A DNA stretch of 64,000 nt. Source: an uncultured Spirochaetia bacterium. Its GTDB lineage: Bacteria; Desulfobacterota_D; UBA1144; Nemesobacterales; UBA2774. The DNA is taken from contig CAZUDM010000016.1 in the NCBI GenBank assembly GCA_964618635.1, positions 517 through 64,516 on the forward strand, in the 5' to 3' direction. Under the pieces are notes generated by a model that made no database searches, was not told the DNA's origin, and saw only the letters and a list, made by a program, of their open reading frames with translations. Shown here in pieces: positions 61,333 to 64,000 of this stretch (the first letter of the stretch is position 1; the number at the start of each line of letters is the position of its first letter). The translations under genes were made by a program, and so were the position numbers.

Positions 61333-61797
61333 TCAGCCGTTTTCGAGGGCGTATATTTTGTACTCTACCTTGCCCGGGACTATACGTCCCTCGCCCGCCG
61401 CAACGATACCGTTGAGCCATGAGTATCTCGGATCGCCCGTCTCGAACCGGGGCTGCGTCATGAAGTAGGTCTCCCCGAATTCCATCGGCCTCCCCGCCGC
61501 GCGCGCCTCGCTCACCTTCTCGTTCATCGCGAGAACGCCGAAGTACTGGACGTAGATAAACGCGCCGTCGTCTGTCCGGAGAACGAGCCGGACATCGAGA
61601 TGCCAGACACCGTCCTTGTCCGCGAGGAGATAGTCCCCTCCGCCGGGGAGTATCTTTCCCATGAGCCGCGGCCCGTGGAATGTCCCTCCGGCCGGGTTCG
61701 AAACGAGACGTGTGCCGTAGGGGCCGGGCCCGACGCCTATGGGGCCGCTGCCGCCGAGCTCGACGTTAAGGGTTACGAGATATTCGAGTTTCATCAT
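61333..61797 (-). CDS. DUF3237 domain protein
   Basis: GGTFHGPRLMGKILPGGGD...LDVR..LRTDDGAFIY...PRFETGDPRYSWLN. Confidence 0.9.
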   Translation of the reverse strand: MMKLEYLVTLNVELGGSGPIGVGPGPYGTRLVSNPAGGTFHGPRLMGKILPGGGDYLLADKDGVWHLDVRLVLRTDDGAFIYVQYFGVLAMNEKVSEARAAGRPMEFGETYFMTQPRFETGDPRYSWLNGIVAAGEGRIVPGKVEYKIYALENG

Positions 61798-61883
61798 GAC
61801 CTCCGCGTGGCGGGCATCGATGTGAGGTACACCGCATCCCGGACTATTATTCCCCCGAACCGGGCCGCGTGTCAAAGGCCGTT

Positions 61884-63743
61884 TTACCTCGTCGAGAGCC
61901 AGCGCAGGTTTTTCTCGGAGCGTCTGGCTTCGTCGAGGTGCTTCTTGTTGGCCGTTATTATGTCGCTCCGTGTGAGCATCGCGACCACCTTCTCCGGGTT
62001 CGAGCGTACCACGACAGGGAGCCTCCCTATGCCGTTCTCCGACATCACATCGACGGCCTCCCGGAGCGTATCGTCCTCGAATATCGTCACGGGCGGGCGC
62101 GTCAGAAGCTCGGGCAACGTGGCCGCGTCGGGGAGCCTGCTCGTGAAAACGTCTTTCCTCGTAACGACCCCGGCGAGGCGTTCCTTCTCGTCGAGTACTG
62201 GAAAGCCCTGGTGTCCGCTGCCTTCCACGCCGGAATTCATCCACCTCCGCACGTCGCCCAAAGCCTGTCCGATTCCGAGAGAGACTATTCCGTAAGACGC
62301 GCTTTCCCTGACGAGTATCCTCGACAGTATATCTATGCCGTACTCGGCGGGCACCCTGACCCCGCGCCTCTCTATCTTCTCGGTCATTATCGAGTGCTCC
62401 ATCACGAGGGCGGATACAAGATACGCCGCGCCGCACCCGCCGAGGAGCGGCAGTATGCCGTGGGGCTGGAGGGTGGTTTCGAACGCGAACACGACCGAGG
62501 CGAGGAATGCCCGCGAAGCGCCGGTGAAGATTGCGGCCATGCCGACGAGCGCGGCCGCGTTGGGGTCGATTCCGGCGGCCGGCAGGAGCACGGCTACCCC
62601 CGCGCCAAGCGCGGCGCCGAGCCCGCCGCCGATAGTGAAAAGAGGGGCCAGCGTCCCGCCCGACGTACCGCTCGAAAGCGCTATCGACCACGAAACGAAT
62701 TTAAGGATGAATAGAACTATGAGCGCCTTTCCGGCAATCCCACCGGAAAGAATATCGTCGATGATGTTGTATCCGACGCCGAGCGTGTCCGGCGCGAAAT
62801 ACCCTACCACGCCTACTGCCACGGCTCCTATGGCGGGCCACCACATCCAGTGTACGGGAAGCTTCGCGAAAAGGTCTTCGAGACCGTAAACCGCCCTCGT
62901 TACGAATACCGCCGCGAGGCCGATCACTGCGCCCAGGATAACGTAAATGCATATGGCCGCTATGCCCGGCGCCGCGATGTCGGGCATGGCGAAGATCGGG
63001 TCGGTTCCGATAAACGATATTCTCACGACAGTCGCGGCGACGCTCGCGAGGGCGACGGGAATGAGCGAGCGCGCCCTGAACTCGAAGAGCAGCAGTTCGA
63101 CTGCGAGCAGCACGGCGGCAACGGGGCTTCCGAACGTCCCCGCCATGCCTGCGGCGGCGCCGGCCGCGAGAAGGGTTTTCCGCTCGTCGTCCGTCGTCCG
63201 GAGGAGCTGGCCGAGAAGAGAGCCGAAAGCCCCGCCCGTTGCGATGATCGGCCCTTCCGCCCCGAACGGGCCGCCCGTCCCGATCGCTATGGCCGACGAT
63301 ACGGGCTTCAGGAATGTGAGGCGGGGCTGAATACGGCTCCGGTTCATGAGCACCTGCTCCATCGCCTCGGGGATGCCGTGCCCCCTTATCGCCTGGGAGC
63401 CGTAGCGGGCCATGAAGCCGACTATAAGGCCGCCGACTACAGGAACCAGAACGACGAAGATTCCGAGCTGGTTACCAGCGGGAGATACGAATTCGGTGGA
63501 CAGCCGGCCGTAAAACGCTATGTTCGTGATGAGTCCTATGAGGGCCGTCAAGGCCTGGGCGACGAAGCCCCCGACGACGCCGAGGGCGACGGCCAGGAGC
63601 GCGATCCTCACCGTGCCCATGTCGATTATCGGATTCCGGCGCAGGCGCCGTCCGCGCGAGACCTCACGCTCCAATGCGGGAGCGACGGGTAACGCCGAAT
63701 GCGACGGTTCTGAAGGGCTGTCTCCGGGCATTTTCTCTTTCAC
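61884..63743 (-). CDS. ClC chloride channel family protein with CBS domains
   Basis: GHGIPE, GGPFGAEGP, GTSGG; two C-terminal CBS domains. Confidence 0.92.
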   Translation of the reverse strand: MKEKMPGDSPSEPSHSALPVAPALEREVSRGRRLRRNPIIDMGTVRIALLAVALGVVGGFVAQALTALIGLITNIAFYGRLSTEFVSPAGNQLGIFVVLVPVVGGLIVGFMARYGSQAIRGHGIPEAMEQVLMNRSRIQPRLTFLKPVSSAIAIGTGGPFGAEGPIIATGGAFGSLLGQLLRTTDDERKTLLAAGAAAGMAGTFGSPVAAVLLAVELLLFEFRARSLIPVALASVAATVVRISFIGTDPIFAMPDIAAPGIAAICIYVILGAVIGLAAVFVTRAVYGLEDLFAKLPVHWMWWPAIGAVAVGVVGYFAPDTLGVGYNIIDDILSGGIAGKALIVLFILKFVSWSIALSSGTSGGTLAPLFTIGGGLGAALGAGVAVLLPAAGIDPNAAALVGMAAIFTGASRAFLASVVFAFETTLQPHGILPLLGGCGAAYLVSALVMEHSIMTEKIERRGVRVPAEYGIDILSRILVRESASYGIVSLGIGQALGDVRRWMNSGVEGSGHQGFPVLDEKERLAGVVTRKDVFTSRLPDAATLPELLTRPPVTIFEDDTLREAVDVMSENGIGRLPVVVRSNPEKVVAMLTRSDIITANKKHLDEARRSEKNLRWLSTR

Positions 63744-63853
63744 TGGTACGGGAGAGGTCTGCTCGACCGGGCCGACATCCCGTTTTAAAACTGTCTCTCA
63801 GGCATTACTCTATAAGAAAATCCCGGATTATCAAACTTCATGCGCCGGATGGC

Positions 63854-64000
63854 TCAATTCGGAGCCCCGTCCGGCGGGTTTTTCACCTTCGTCAGCACGT
63901 TAAACTCCGCGTCGAGCTCTACGTCGTAATTTCCGTCCTCGCACGCGACGCCGTCCGCCTCGAAGACTCCCTTGCCGTCGACTTCCACCTCTTCGGAGAG
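63854..64000 (-). CDS. PepSY-like protein, 3' part (5' end beyond window)
   Basis: EVEVDGKGVFEADGVACEDGNYDVELDAEFNVL...*. Confidence 0.65.
   Translation of the reverse strand, partial: LSEEVEVDGKGVFEADGVACEDGNYDVELDAEFNVLTKVKNPPDGAPN

Noticed and set aside
61333-62691. 452-aa ORF as a single gene
   Set aside because: The N-terminal ~300 aa is an off-frame overlap of the ClC gene; only the DUF3237 part from 61797 is credible.

Overview
GC-rich bacterial chromosomal window. Two IPTL-CTERM proteins and the gene content suggest Candidatus Dadabacteria or a Desulfobacterota relative; this is inference. Housekeeping and metabolic genes (trpS, phrB, a sigma-70 factor, pyk, ppc, yadGH, ClC, MscS, two paralogous PAS-GAF-GAF hybrid kinases, a GGDEF protein) are interspersed with AT-rich accessory blocks. 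The strongest signal is a 3.3-kb AT-rich islet (17045-20338) flanked by a 57-bp direct repeat of the 3' end of an MFS gene. The two copies differ only at synonymous positions, the pattern expected of site-specific integration into a CDS. The islet carries a MerR-like-HTH/SF2-helicase fusion, a tightly linked 75-aa Cys/His protein and an FRG-domain protein, and has no integrase; it is a candidate undescribed defence module. A second AT-rich block encodes a 1347-aa DUF4365-nuclease/TPR/PIN-like protein. Several toxin-antitoxin loci have lost or broken their toxin. Intergenic regions hold mosaic clusters of at least three REP-like hairpin families, one pair flanking a frameshifted GIY-YIG nuclease. 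A perfect Fur box and a perfect sigma-54 promoter are present. No tRNA, rRNA or CRISPR array was recognised.
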